DNA of 64,000 bases, taken from the IMG/VR virus record IMGVR_UViG_3300048913_000208; one strand, 5' to 3'. This stretch comes from a virus. Each line of letters begins with the position of its first letter. The stretch's first letter is position 1. Below the pieces are notes generated by a model. The model was not told where the DNA came from, made no database searches, and saw only the letters and a list, made by a program, of their open reading frames with translations. Positions 48,144 through 57,969 of this stretch are shown in pieces. Position numbers and translations under genes: made by a program.

Positions 48144-49058
48144 ATGGATATCCCAGCTTTCCTCCGCAACATCATGCCGACGTTCACTCGAAACGACGTC
48201 TTGGAGAAGATCAAGAACATCAGCAAGAAATTGCTGACCATCGTACGTCCATCGTACGACTTGATGGTCGAAGCACTTGACGAAAGTCAGTTCAAATCGG
48301 CCTTCGCTAAGTCGGTTGCAAAAGACTTCAGTGTGGCTCTTCCGACCCGCCTGAAGAACGAGCGTCGGCCGGTCACCACCTTCCTGCCGAAGGCGATCAC
48401 TCACGCTCAACAACTGCTGGATTCGCTCGAGCAGTACGTGGGTAAGAACCTAGCAGCCTCGATCCACATCGAGGGCATCAACTACCAGAAGGCCACGGTG
48501 CTGCGACTCATTGAGTTGCTGGACTTCTTCTCGGATTACAGCATCCGTCACCTGGCCTACATCACCGCCTCCGAGACCAACATCGACGAGTACGGCCGTC
48601 CCGACGGTCTGGCCTTCACGCCGGATGAGCTGCGCTTCCTCGAGACCAATCGAGGTACCTGGATCAAGTTGATGGCCATGCTCCAGGATGATCCGAAGGG
48701 CATGCTCAAGCAGGTCAACGACATTCCTGAGATCGTCTTGGGCGATATGGATATCGGTGCTGTACCTGCATTGGCCGGTGCTTCGGCTGACCCGCTGCAC
48801 CTCGGCCTGATCCCGCTGGTTTCGAACATCTTCCGTTGGGTGGGTATCCGCCACGCTCACTGGGAGCTGGATCGTTTTGAACGTGCGGTCAAAGAGAAGC
48901 GCATCATTGAGCTGCGTCTCGAAGCCCGCCGTGAACGCCTGGCCGGTCGCCAAGACGCCGGTGCCGAAGCCATCGTCAACAACTACGAAAACGAGCTGGT
49001 TCTGATTCGTGAACGTATCAAGGAGATGGAGCGGAAGATGGAGATCAAAGCACGATGA
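48144..49058 (+). CDS. head protein (phiKZ gp90-like position)
   Basis: 304 aa helical with coiled-coil C-terminus; synteny. Confidence 0.6.
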   Translation: MDIPAFLRNIMPTFTRNDVLEKIKNISKKLLTIVRPSYDLMVEALDESQFKSAFAKSVAKDFSVALPTRLKNERRPVTTFLPKAITHAQQLLDSLEQYVGKNLAASIHIEGINYQKATVLRLIELLDFFSDYSIRHLAYITASETNIDEYGRPDGLAFTPDELRFLETNRGTWIKLMAMLQDDPKGMLKQVNDIPEIVLGDMDIGAVPALAGASADPLHLGLIPLVSNIFRWVGIRHAHWELDRFERAVKEKRIIELRLEARRERLAGRQDAGAEAIVNNYENELVLIRERIKEMERKMEIKAR

Positions 49059-49570
49059 ACGTCATCTATACCCACCGTGGGTTTCCGACGTTGATCGCTG
49101 CTGTTCCCACCCTGGGGTCGGTCTATGAATCGCCCAGGGTGAGTGACATCTACCGTCAGCGTTCGGGGCAGACCCGTCCGACCTTCGATGTAGAACTCGC
49201 TCAGATCGCGGTGCTGTCGAAAGAGTGGAAGTACACCAACGGTTTCTTCCGCGCAGCACTCGACCCAGCCTGCCGCATTGGCAATAACGTTCAGTCGTTC
49301 ATTGCCGAAACCGCCATGTTCCTGATGAAGAACATCACGCGTCGTCGTATCTGTTTCCAGGATCGGGCGCTGATGATCAAACAGGATAGTGTGGTGCAGA
49401 CCCGCCTACCTTCGTTTACTGACATCGAACGGCAAGCGGTTGAAGAATTGGCGCAGTATACGCCGGAAGCCTTGATCCAGCTGTGGGTTACGGTCGCCGG
49501 TGTCGACGACCTGTCCGCATCCCTAGAACTCTATGTGGGTGACCGTACAGTCGCGCCTCCATTGCAATAA
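49055..49570 (+). CDS. conserved virion-operon protein (gp91-like position)
   Basis: ATGA overlap with the upstream gene. Confidence 0.6.
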   Translation: MNVIYTHRGFPTLIAAVPTLGSVYESPRVSDIYRQRSGQTRPTFDVELAQIAVLSKEWKYTNGFFRAALDPACRIGNNVQSFIAETAMFLMKNITRRRICFQDRALMIKQDSVVQTRLPSFTDIERQAVEELAQYTPEALIQLWVTVAGVDDLSASLELYVGDRTVAPPLQ

Positions 49571-49630
49571 TGTGCGTATACGCCGTCGGCTTGCATACCG
49601 ACGTTCAATTTGCCTAGGAGCAATACCAAG

Positions 49631-50935
49631 ATGAGCGAACTCGCTAAAATGTTGAACCAGCTGTCGGTCGAATCGGGTGCGGTAGCGCCTGAGTCCGATG
49701 AAGATCACAGCTACCTCGGTGCCGAGGAAATCACCGTCGTCACCGACGAGACCGCCACCGAGCTGGAAGAGGCCATCGCCGACACCGCCGAGAAGGTCGA
49801 GAAGATGCAAGCCTCGGACGTTGCTGCCGAGAAAGTCGCCGAAGCCGTCGACTCGCTGGAAAGCAACCTGGCTCAACTGCGCGCTATGGCCGCTGGCGGT
49901 CAACCTCTGGACAACAGCGGTATGCGCTGGTACATCCAGAACGTTGCCCTGTCGGTAGAAGCTCGCGAGCTGCCGTCGTCCCTGGTCCGTGATGAAGTCA
50001 TGGCCATGCAACACAGCTTCGAATCGGCTCAGGTGGAAGACTACACCACCGAAGCTGAAGAGAAGACCGAGGGCGTTCTGTCCCGTCTGTGGAAAGTTCT
50101 GGTCCAGGCTTTCAACTCCGCTCGCACCAGCATCAAGCAGTTCTTCGGCACCATGGGTCGTTCCGCCGACGCCATCGTGACCGGCGGTCAGCAACTGCAG
50201 CGTCTGGCTTCCAAGACCAAAGGCGAAGCCAAGAAAACCGAACTGAAGACCACCGGTTACGGTCGTCTGGGCGGTAATCCTGGCCAAGCGATCGACAAGG
50301 CCCTCCAGGTCTTCGACGGCGAGTTCACCTCCAAGGTGGTCGAGCCGATGAAGAAGGTCCTGCAGCCTGTTGTTGCCGCGCTGAAAGGCGACGTCGGTGC
50401 CAACGACCTGACCGATGCCAACTGGCAAGCCAAGTTCGCCTCCATGGGTCTGCGCGATACTTCCATCGAACTGCCAGGCGGCGTGAAGGCCGAGCTGAAG
50501 CTGAACGGCGACAAGATCACCTTCAACGTCACCAAGCCTTCTCCAGGCGCCGAGAAGACCGCTCCGCTGTCTCCTTCGGAAGTTTCCGCTCTGGGCGGTA
50601 AGCTGGTGACCCTGGGTCGCCGCATGAAGCTGGCCGAGGCGAAAGCCGAGAAGTACCTGGACGACGCCGAGAAGGTCATGAAAGCTGCCCAAGCGGCCGC
50701 CAACAAGACCGAAGGCGACGATGCCAAAGCCAAGCGTCAAGGCGTGGCGAAAGTCGTTACCACCGCTGCCCGCATCATCAAGGCCGGCGAAGGCGTGGTT
50801 CCGACCTACGTCAACTACCTGTCGCAGCTGGGTAAAGATGCCTACAACTTCGGTAAAGCCTCCCTGGGTGCCCACGGTGCCAAGGCGAAGGAAGAACCGG
50901 CTGCCGCCGACGACAAAGGTGCTGCGGGAAACTGA
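49631..50935 (+). CDS. abundant inner-body/ejection protein paralog (phiKZ gp93-family)
   Basis: AGGAG RBS; SVE/SFE/DYTTEA sites followed by GVLSRLWKVL helix; strong codon bias. Confidence 0.72.
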   Translation: MSELAKMLNQLSVESGAVAPESDEDHSYLGAEEITVVTDETATELEEAIADTAEKVEKMQASDVAAEKVAEAVDSLESNLAQLRAMAAGGQPLDNSGMRWYIQNVALSVEARELPSSLVRDEVMAMQHSFESAQVEDYTTEAEEKTEGVLSRLWKVLVQAFNSARTSIKQFFGTMGRSADAIVTGGQQLQRLASKTKGEAKKTELKTTGYGRLGGNPGQAIDKALQVFDGEFTSKVVEPMKKVLQPVVAALKGDVGANDLTDANWQAKFASMGLRDTSIELPGGVKAELKLNGDKITFNVTKPSPGAEKTAPLSPSEVSALGGKLVTLGRRMKLAEAKAEKYLDDAEKVMKAAQAAANKTEGDDAKAKRQGVAKVVTTAARIIKAGEGVVPTYVNYLSQLGKDAYNFGKASLGAHGAKAKEEPAAADDKGAAGN

Positions 50936-50955
50936 CTGGGTCCGACAACGTCGAC
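50926..50955 (+). promoter_or_regulatory. candidate -1 programmed ribosomal frameshift signal (G GGA AAC plus 3' hairpin)
   Basis: Canonical X XXY YYZ heptamer immediately before TGA; -1 frame open to 51264; hairpin 7 nt downstream. Confidence 0.7.
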
Positions 50956-51264
50956 AAATTCATTCGTGAATATAAGTCGGGGAAGTCGGACGCCCTCCTC
51001 GTCAGAACTGCCTTGCGGTTGGAGTTCAATAATTCCAAGCTTTCCGGTGCCGATATCAAAGCGACGGCTCGCGCCGCGGCCAAACAGGTCAAAGACCTGT
51101 GGCAACCGTACGAAGAGAAATCCTTCGCCCGCGAATTGGAAACGGATAAGTCGAAATGGAATGAGGACTACTTCCACCTTCAGGAAGTCTACCTGAAGAC
51201 TAACTTCTCGGAGAAACGGTTCAACCATCTGGTTGAGGTCCACGATTATCTGAAGAAGAAATAG
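50932..51264 (+). CDS. 110-aa C-terminal extension reachable by -1 frameshift from the 49631 gene
   Basis: Frame open and protein-like 27 codons upstream of the ORF-track TTG (51013), which has no RBS. Confidence 0.65.
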   Translation: MTGSDNVDKFIREYKSGKSDALLVRTALRLEFNNSKLSGADIKATARAAAKQVKDLWQPYEEKSFARELETDKSKWNEDYFHLQEVYLKTNFSEKRFNHLVEVHDYLKKK

Positions 51265-51277
51265 TCAGGCCGTAAAA

Positions 51278-51309
51278 CATAAAGCGGGGGCTTCGGCTCC
51301 CGCTTTATG
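51278..51309 (+). terminator. hairpin terminator
   Basis: CATAAAGCGGGGGC-TTCG-GCTCCCGCTTTATG, placed after the extension ORF rather than after 50935. Confidence 0.75.
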
Positions 51310-51352
51310 CTGCAGATGGTATAACTAAGCCTTACTGTGAAAGGTAACCCTC

Positions 51353-52519
51353 ATGGACTTGCTGCTGGAAGAAGATCCTTTCGAGGAGCTGGTAAGAGCG
51401 GATCACGAAGTTACGATCGCGTTCGAAGCTTTCTCTCGATTCATGAATTCCCACACCGCGTTTGAAGACTTGCTCAGTCAAGCCGGTGAAATGCCCAAGG
51501 CTTCGTTCGAAGCGTCTGCCCGTCCGTTGATGACGGCAGTCACGGGTGAGATCGGTCACTGCTGGTCTTTGGATGAGATTAGCGTGGAGTCGGTCAAGAC
51601 GGTAGCGGCGTCGGTAGTCCGCGCTGCCATCAGTGCGCTCCAACAGTTCTTCAAGGCATTGCTCGACTTCTTCTCGAACATTGACCTTGCTGCTACGTGG
51701 CTATCACGTAAGCTGAGTTTCCTGGAACGTCAGGTGGCTACCACCAAAGGCATGCGTCCTAGCGAACCTACCGTCGAGTTGGGTCGTATCGGTCGGTACA
51801 TGCGTGTACACGGCATCCAGATCGATGACGCCGGTAAGCTCGAGTCTCAAATCCATCAGCTGCACAATGTGGTCAAGGTCATGGCGATGGACTACCGTAA
51901 GGAAGTCATCGACGCGTCTGCTGAACTGCAAGCCGCAGCTCGTGGTAAGACCGGTAAGGTACTGACTGATGCCATGGTCGCTGTGATCACCAAGATCCCG
52001 TTCGACAAGATGGCATCGCAGTGCGGCATGCACGCAGCGCCGTACGATCGCTTCAAGCGCAACAATGTTCAGGCTACCCCTTCCCTGCTGGGTGGGATGA
52101 GTTTGTTCTACCTGCGCGGTGATCTGCGTGAGCGTGGTATCGACGCGTTCCGCTTCCACGGATTCCTCTTCGAGAAGACTGGTCGGAACGAACTGAAGGT
52201 TCAACGTGAATACACGTTGACTACCCTTCAGCCGGGTCAGATCGGTGAACTGCCGAGAGTGATCCGTAGTCTGCTGGACGACATCTCCAAGTCCAGTAAC
52301 TCCGGTGTACGTGCAGCGGCTAACCGTTCGCGTACCTCGTTGGATACGTTCCTGAAGACGAGCTCCTTCGCCCCGTCTGACATGGACGCAGTGCGCAAGA
52401 CGGTGAACACCCTCACGCACTGGTTGCAACAACCCACCCGTTCGCTGCTGATCCACTCAATGTCGGTCTGCCGCGCTGCGATTCAATACTGCTACGCCTC
52501 CATTAAAACCTACAGGTGA
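51353..52519 (+). CDS. inner-head protein paralog
   Basis: AFE/SFE/SVE sites followed by an amphipathic helix. Confidence 0.65.
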   Translation: MDLLLEEDPFEELVRADHEVTIAFEAFSRFMNSHTAFEDLLSQAGEMPKASFEASARPLMTAVTGEIGHCWSLDEISVESVKTVAASVVRAAISALQQFFKALLDFFSNIDLAATWLSRKLSFLERQVATTKGMRPSEPTVELGRIGRYMRVHGIQIDDAGKLESQIHQLHNVVKVMAMDYRKEVIDASAELQAAARGKTGKVLTDAMVAVITKIPFDKMASQCGMHAAPYDRFKRNNVQATPSLLGGMSLFYLRGDLRERGIDAFRFHGFLFEKTGRNELKVQREYTLTTLQPGQIGELPRVIRSLLDDISKSSNSGVRAAANRSRTSLDTFLKTSSFAPSDMDAVRKTVNTLTHWLQQPTRSLLIHSMSVCRAAIQYCYASIKTYR

Positions 52520-52522
52520 TCC

Positions 52523-53815
52523 ATGTCTGTATTCAAAACTACTCTGCAAGAGGCGTTGCGCGGTAAACTCTCGCTCGAAGCCTCCGAAGTGGTGATTCCA
52601 CCACCCTCCCACGAACTCACTGTCGAAGACGTGCAAGAAGCGCGCGAAGAACGCAGTGAGATGGCTGAAGCTCTGCACGAAGTCCAGACGAACAATTCGG
52701 CCAAGGACATGGAAGCAGGCGCTGCTGTGGTTACCGCTATTGGTGCCGCTGCCAAAGCCGCTGAAGACATGCCCGCCGCTGCTGCCGATGCGTTCGTCGC
52801 TACAGCCAACATGAACATCGCTACCGCAGAACAAGTCTTGGAGACCACCATCCCCAAGCTTGCCATGGGAAGTGACGGTGGTGTCGATGAAGTGTCGCTG
52901 GAGTCGCTGTCCGATTGGTTCGGTTCTGCTGTGAAAGCGTTCTCCGCTGCCGCTGCTCGTACCGGTGGTCGTTTGGCGCTGTCGTTCGTTCGTCTGAACC
53001 AAAGCACCGTCGGTCTTCAGAACCGTACCCGTCGTGTTCGCGACAAGGTGCGGTCTCGTAAAGGCAGCGGCGGTGTGGACATTCGTCTCCCGCAAAAGGT
53101 TCTTGAGCTATTGGTCAATGGGAGTAACTACTCTCAGGCACCGACTCACGACCTGACTGCGTTCGCCACAACCAGCCGGACCCTGACCGACATCGTGATG
53201 GAATACCACCGTCGTTGTGACCACGCGGTCAAAACGCATTTGGTGCAGGCTATCAGCGCGCAAGATCTTCCGCATGACCTGTTCGCAGGTATCCAGCAGG
53301 ACGATCTGTTCCAGCGCCTGGATGCGGTTATCAAGGCTCAACCACTCCCGCTGCTGGGTAACGTCAAGTACGCCCGCAACGAAGAGCGTATGGGTCGCCT
53401 GATGGCGTTCCACCTGCAGCAAGATGGCACGTTGGCTACCGACGTGGTCAAGTACACCGATCAGATCAAATCCCTGTCTACCGAAACCATCCTGCAATAC
53501 TGTCAGGAGTTGGATCGGGTGATTGGCGAACAGATCCGTTTGCTGGAGAAAGTGTCGGACGCCGTCAAGGTGTCTTACGCCAGCGTCGGTGTGACCATCA
53601 AGAAGTTGACCAACATGTCGACTGACGACGTCGAGGTCGAATACGACTACGAACTGGACAGCGATATCAACACCGCTGACCTGCTGCGTCTGGAGTCCCA
53701 ACTGGTGAGTGAGATCGGTCGCATCTGCGATCGTCTGAGTCGTCTGCAAGCCGACCTGCTCGCTCGTTTGGACGCCGTCCTCACGCTGGTAGAAGAGTCC
53801 GTCTTCCAGGACTGA
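52523..53815 (+). CDS. inner-head protein paralog
   Basis: SLE sites; SLESLSDWFGSAVKAF helix. Confidence 0.65.
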   Translation: MSVFKTTLQEALRGKLSLEASEVVIPPPSHELTVEDVQEAREERSEMAEALHEVQTNNSAKDMEAGAAVVTAIGAAAKAAEDMPAAAADAFVATANMNIATAEQVLETTIPKLAMGSDGGVDEVSLESLSDWFGSAVKAFSAAAARTGGRLALSFVRLNQSTVGLQNRTRRVRDKVRSRKGSGGVDIRLPQKVLELLVNGSNYSQAPTHDLTAFATTSRTLTDIVMEYHRRCDHAVKTHLVQAISAQDLPHDLFAGIQQDDLFQRLDAVIKAQPLPLLGNVKYARNEERMGRLMAFHLQQDGTLATDVVKYTDQIKSLSTETILQYCQELDRVIGEQIRLLEKVSDAVKVSYASVGVTIKKLTNMSTDDVEVEYDYELDSDINTADLLRLESQLVSEIGRICDRLSRLQADLLARLDAVLTLVEESVFQD

Positions 53816-53827
53816 GTCTGTCTACGG

Positions 53828-53861
53828 TACTGCGGAGAGGGCGTTGTCCCTCTCCGCAGTA
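53828..53861 (+). terminator. hairpin terminator
   Basis: 14-bp stem TACTGCGGAGAGGG/CCCTCTCCGCAGTA followed by TG. Confidence 0.65.
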
Positions 53862-53882
53862 TGCCCTATCCGTGAGGACATC

Positions 53883-55532
53883 ATGCCAAGAATCAAAGTA
53901 CCTCTCCCCGTCACGTATGAAAACATCTCACGTCCCGTTGCGTTGTCTATCGCTCGCGACGTGATGAAGTTGATGCGTATTCCTGACACTGTTCCGGTCT
54001 ATGTGACTAACGAGTTCGATCAGGTCAACCAGCCAGACTCACCTCTGGTAAACGCTGCTGGTACAGACTCGGCTACGTTCGAAAGCGACCAACGTTTGCG
54101 TGTCAGGGCTATCGAACGAATCAAGCACGAGAAGACGCTGAATGAAAACATCCGCACCAACGAGGAGCCGCCGTTCCTTGAAGACCGTCGGATTGGATTC
54201 AGTCTGCGCCCCAACTACGTCACCTCGGAAATCACGTTTGAGTTCAAGTACACAGCCTCCAGCCGACAACAGGCGGTGGATTGGAAAGACTCACTCTCTT
54301 CCGACCGTGGCGAGAACCGGGAATCGATCCAACATCAGGTCCGTTACCAGATCCCGTTCCAAGATGGTGTCTGGGAGCTCCTCCTGCATCTTTACACGCT
54401 GCGTGAGAAGATTGCCGGATATGGACAGACCTTTGAAGAGTACGTGCGTGAAATCGCCTTACGCGAGCTCGTACCGCTGGGTGCCGTCGACCACGACGTG
54501 AACAAGCTGACGCTTGCTATCGATGAAGGTCAGGTGCAGGCTCAAGGATGGTTCGAGTTCGATGAGATCCCTGAGGAGCAAAAGGTAGAAGGCGATACCT
54601 CGTGGACGGTGGAGTTCAGCTACAAGGCCGTCTACAAACGCCCGCGTCATTTCTACATCGCCTATCCATTGGTTGTGCACCAATCCCACATCGGGAAGAA
54701 GTGGTACGATAAACACCAGAACTTCAGCGTCGAAGAAGTCCGTAAGAATGGACCCATCGGTGTGAGAGCACTGGATGTGTTGGATGGACATGTGGACTCC
54801 CTCCCTCCTCCTACTGATGGATTGAGGTTCCCGTATTGGGATGAGTGGATTCCCGGGTATCGCAACGTACCACCGAAAACCATCCCAGCGGTCAGTTGGT
54901 TGGTATTGCTCAATCCGAAAGATCCGCAAGACATCATCAAGTTGCGGGAACTTCCGGCGATCACGCTGACCAAAGAAATGGACGACTACTTCGTGTCCGT
55001 TCACAAGACCCTCAATCGTCGGTCTGGTGGGTCGTGTCTCATCACGCTCTATCAGAACAACATCCCCATGGGTGAGGACGCGATTGAGATCAACGAACAG
55101 TTGCAGGTGCGTTCGGTAAAACCTCTGGACTTGCGACACACGTATCACGTTCGGTTGTCTTTCCCAGTGCAGTACGCTGCGTTCACGCCAAAGGCTATTG
55201 ACCAGATGGCCGGACATTGGGCAGCTACTCTTCAGGTGTTCCAATCGATCGTCCCTGAACTGGATGTCGAATACGCTCAGACGTTGCTGTTGGATGACGA
55301 CTCGTTGCCGTATCCGTACATTCGGTGGTTCTATCGGTATCTGCTTGATCGGGGTATTGGTTGGCCAGAAGGGCCGGGCGGGGGCATTAAGCCTGGAGGT
55401 GGGGGTGAGTCGCCAGGACAGGACAAGTATCCTGATCCGACCGACGGAGGCGACGGTGGTCGCCGTGGGCATAGCGGTGGTCGTTACGTGCAGTGGCTGG
55501 CCATTGTCGCTATGCAAGATAAAGAAAAATAA
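53883..55532 (+). CDS. virion structural protein (possible neck/tail terminator; gp98-like position)
   Basis: GAGGA RBS; 549 aa; synteny only. Confidence 0.55.
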   Translation: MPRIKVPLPVTYENISRPVALSIARDVMKLMRIPDTVPVYVTNEFDQVNQPDSPLVNAAGTDSATFESDQRLRVRAIERIKHEKTLNENIRTNEEPPFLEDRRIGFSLRPNYVTSEITFEFKYTASSRQQAVDWKDSLSSDRGENRESIQHQVRYQIPFQDGVWELLLHLYTLREKIAGYGQTFEEYVREIALRELVPLGAVDHDVNKLTLAIDEGQVQAQGWFEFDEIPEEQKVEGDTSWTVEFSYKAVYKRPRHFYIAYPLVVHQSHIGKKWYDKHQNFSVEEVRKNGPIGVRALDVLDGHVDSLPPPTDGLRFPYWDEWIPGYRNVPPKTIPAVSWLVLLNPKDPQDIIKLRELPAITLTKEMDDYFVSVHKTLNRRSGGSCLITLYQNNIPMGEDAIEINEQLQVRSVKPLDLRHTYHVRLSFPVQYAAFTPKAIDQMAGHWAATLQVFQSIVPELDVEYAQTLLLDDDSLPYPYIRWFYRYLLDRGIGWPEGPGGGIKPGGGGESPGQDKYPDPTDGGDGGRRGHSGGRYVQWLAIVAMQDKEK

Positions 55533-55576
55533 TGACACATTACTCACTTGTCATGAAACTTGACAAGGACTAAGCC

Positions 55577-55858
55577 ATGACTCGTGATGTATTTTGGTAC
55601 ATTGATCTCTCGGCTACGTTAGGCGCACTGTTGGTGTTGCTCGTAGCCTATCGTCGACTGGGTAGATTCAGGAAGGGTCGAACCGCTGAGATATCGCACC
55701 AGTACATCTTCCACGCCACCAGCATCAGTGCTTTTGCTGCTGTCTACGCGGGCTTTGTAGTGTTGTTTGATCTTGGATCGTCCTGGCTGGTTGGACCTAC
55801 AGCCTGTGGTGTATTGCTAGTGGACATGATCCACACTGAAACAAACCGTCATCGTTAA
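55577..55858 (+). CDS. small membrane protein
   Basis: AAGGA RBS; 2-3 hydrophobic segments with a basic loop; own promoter-like motif (CACATTAC 55536) and terminator. Confidence 0.7.
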   Translation: MTRDVFWYIDLSATLGALLVLLVAYRRLGRFRKGRTAEISHQYIFHATSISAFAAVYAGFVVLFDLGSSWLVGPTACGVLLVDMIHTETNRHR

Positions 55859-55864
55859 CGGACG

Positions 55865-55906
55865 ACTGGGTGGGCTTCGGCTCATCCAGTCCCTTTCTTT
55901 TTTTTT
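55865..55906 (+). terminator. intrinsic terminator
   Basis: ACTGGGTGGGC-TTCG-GCTCATCCAGT and long T-tract. Confidence 0.8.
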
Positions 55907-55955
55907 GTTCAATTTAGGTCGAGTGGTATGAGCATTTCCAACCGAGGGTACTTTC

Positions 55956-57329
55956 ATGCCTGCGTTTATTGAAGACGAAGATCAACCACAAGATCTTCCA
56001 GAACCCACGCTCCAGATCGCCGATCAGCAGTACGACTCCCCCGTAGTCGATACTCGCAAAGAAGGCTACGACAGCCTCGCCACTTTCTACAGTGGTTCGA
56101 AGCTTCCTGGCGACTATTACCAAATGCATCAGCGCCGTGATAGCGCTGCTGCGTCGTATCAAGCCGACATCCCAGTCATCTACGGTCAACGCCGCGTGAT
56201 TCGTGGATTCGAGTTGATTGTTGACGGTCAACTCAACCACAAACAGAACACTTCCGATACCAACGGGTTCAATACCACGGCTGATGCTGTCGTGTACGGC
56301 ATCCCTGGGTTGGTACCACAATCTGGCGATATCTTCGTCGGTCAACTCGGATCGTGGCGCAACGTACTGTTCCAGATCAACAACCCTGAGCGTCTGAGTC
56401 CTTTTGAGGAGTCTGGTTATCGGGTAACGCTTAAAGCACAGAAGTGGTTGGACAAAGAAGGTCTTGCTACTCTCCAGCGTTCTGTGGTGGAAACCGCGTT
56501 CTTCGACCGGGAGAACTTCCGGAACGGTTTGAAGTGTCTGCTGACCAACGAAGACGTGGACGTCATGAAGCGCCTCGAGCGCGCCCACCGTCGTTTGATG
56601 GGCACGTACTTCCGTGACTTCTTCGACGATCAGTTCATGACCTTCATCATGCCTGGTACAAGGGAAGCCGGTACACCAGCGTACGACCCGAACATCACCC
56701 GGTTCGTGAAACGGATGATCTCGGTGGTCGACATGCCATCGATCGTAAAGGTCGTTGAGCTGGGTGTGGGGGATGACCTGTATTCCGCAACGCCGTCGCT
56801 GGTTGACGTGATCCTGAACAAGGATGACACGCTGCTCTACAGCTGCGCTCAGAAGTGGAATCTGGTCGACGTCAACAACTTCTACTCTCACCCATTGATG
56901 CACGGCGTCTACTACAGTGGCGTTCGTTACGTGATGTCTCCGCAAGATCCGAAGTATCGCGTGTCGACGTCTCAGATGTTGCCGTACATCGGTGTGGAAA
57001 CGTCCAAGGCCAACGTCCTGTTCAAGGACATCGACTACATCCTCCCTGCACTCGGCCTGCATGAGGAAGAGACGCATCCGGATCACACGCGGTACATCAA
57101 ACGCGTACTGGTCGACAACTACTACATCTTCAGCAAAGAGTTCTACGAGGACGAAGGCGAGATGAGTATGTTGGAGTCCATGGTTCTCGATCGTCTGCGT
57201 AATCGTTCGATCAACCTCAAGGACTTGGCCGACCTTGCAGAGTACGCTCAGAAGTTCAACAACCTCGAGCGCTACTACTACATCCCGATCATCATCAACC
57301 TGATTAAACGTGCCCCTGGAGTGCTCTGA
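55956..57329 (+). CDS. virion structural protein (possible head-closure/neck; gp99-like position)
   Basis: GAGGG RBS; beta-barrel-like PQSGDIFV segment; synteny. Confidence 0.55.
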   Translation: MPAFIEDEDQPQDLPEPTLQIADQQYDSPVVDTRKEGYDSLATFYSGSKLPGDYYQMHQRRDSAAASYQADIPVIYGQRRVIRGFELIVDGQLNHKQNTSDTNGFNTTADAVVYGIPGLVPQSGDIFVGQLGSWRNVLFQINNPERLSPFEESGYRVTLKAQKWLDKEGLATLQRSVVETAFFDRENFRNGLKCLLTNEDVDVMKRLERAHRRLMGTYFRDFFDDQFMTFIMPGTREAGTPAYDPNITRFVKRMISVVDMPSIVKVVELGVGDDLYSATPSLVDVILNKDDTLLYSCAQKWNLVDVNNFYSHPLMHGVYYSGVRYVMSPQDPKYRVSTSQMLPYIGVETSKANVLFKDIDYILPALGLHEEETHPDHTRYIKRVLVDNYYIFSKEFYEDEGEMSMLESMVLDRLRNRSINLKDLADLAEYAQKFNNLERYYYIPIIINLIKRAPGVL

Positions 57330-57330
57330 C

Positions 57331-57969
57331 ATGCGAGCCGTCTGCAATCCAAAACCCACCCAACCGGTGGAACGTACCACGTGGTACTACCTGTCGAATA
57401 AATCCGAAGAGCTGTTGTTCAATCTGTCGTACCCTCACTTCGTAGCCCGTGCTGGCCGAATGAAGACGGGTATCGTGTCCGATGGCAGTTATCAGGACAT
57501 GGCGCGGATCACCGAGCAGATGATCCCAACAGCGGGTACTGTGCTCGAAATGATCGAGTTGTTCACTGAAGGTGCCAGCGTAGGGTTCTCGGACCCGAAG
57601 GTAGCGCATGTCGCCTACAAACGTATCCTCGATCACTTGTCTCTGCATGCGCGTCTGATGCGTACCGACAAGATGTACGAAGCGCCTGATCCACAGTTCT
57701 TCAAGGACGCTGCGGAGTTCGCGATGAAGATTCGCTCGATCGTCAAGATCTACGATACCGACGTCGACAACCCAGGTGCCAAGAAGACCATCAAGCGTGG
57801 CATGCGTATGCTCCCACGTTTCTCCGATTCGCTGCGTATGGCCGAAGAAGAGAAGTTGCGTCAGGAAGGTTTCCAAGCTCCAGAGGTGGAGATGGAAGAA
57901 GTGACCGCAGCGCCTCTCAGAAAGCTGGACGCTATCGAACGTTACCTGGAGCAATACGGCAATGGCTGA
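57331..57969 (+). CDS. conserved hypothetical protein (gp100-like position)
   Basis: GGAG RBS before ATG 57331. Confidence 0.65.
   Translation: MRAVCNPKPTQPVERTTWYYLSNKSEELLFNLSYPHFVARAGRMKTGIVSDGSYQDMARITEQMIPTAGTVLEMIELFTEGASVGFSDPKVAHVAYKRILDHLSLHARLMRTDKMYEAPDPQFFKDAAEFAMKIRSIVKIYDTDVDNPGAKKTIKRGMRMLPRFSDSLRMAEEEKLRQEGFQAPEVEMEEVTAAPLRKLDAIERYLEQYGNG

Noticed and set aside
51013-51264. Stand-alone 83-aa TTG-start gene
   Set aside because: No RBS, and the frame is protein-like upstream to the slippery site; better explained as a frameshift extension, though not excluded
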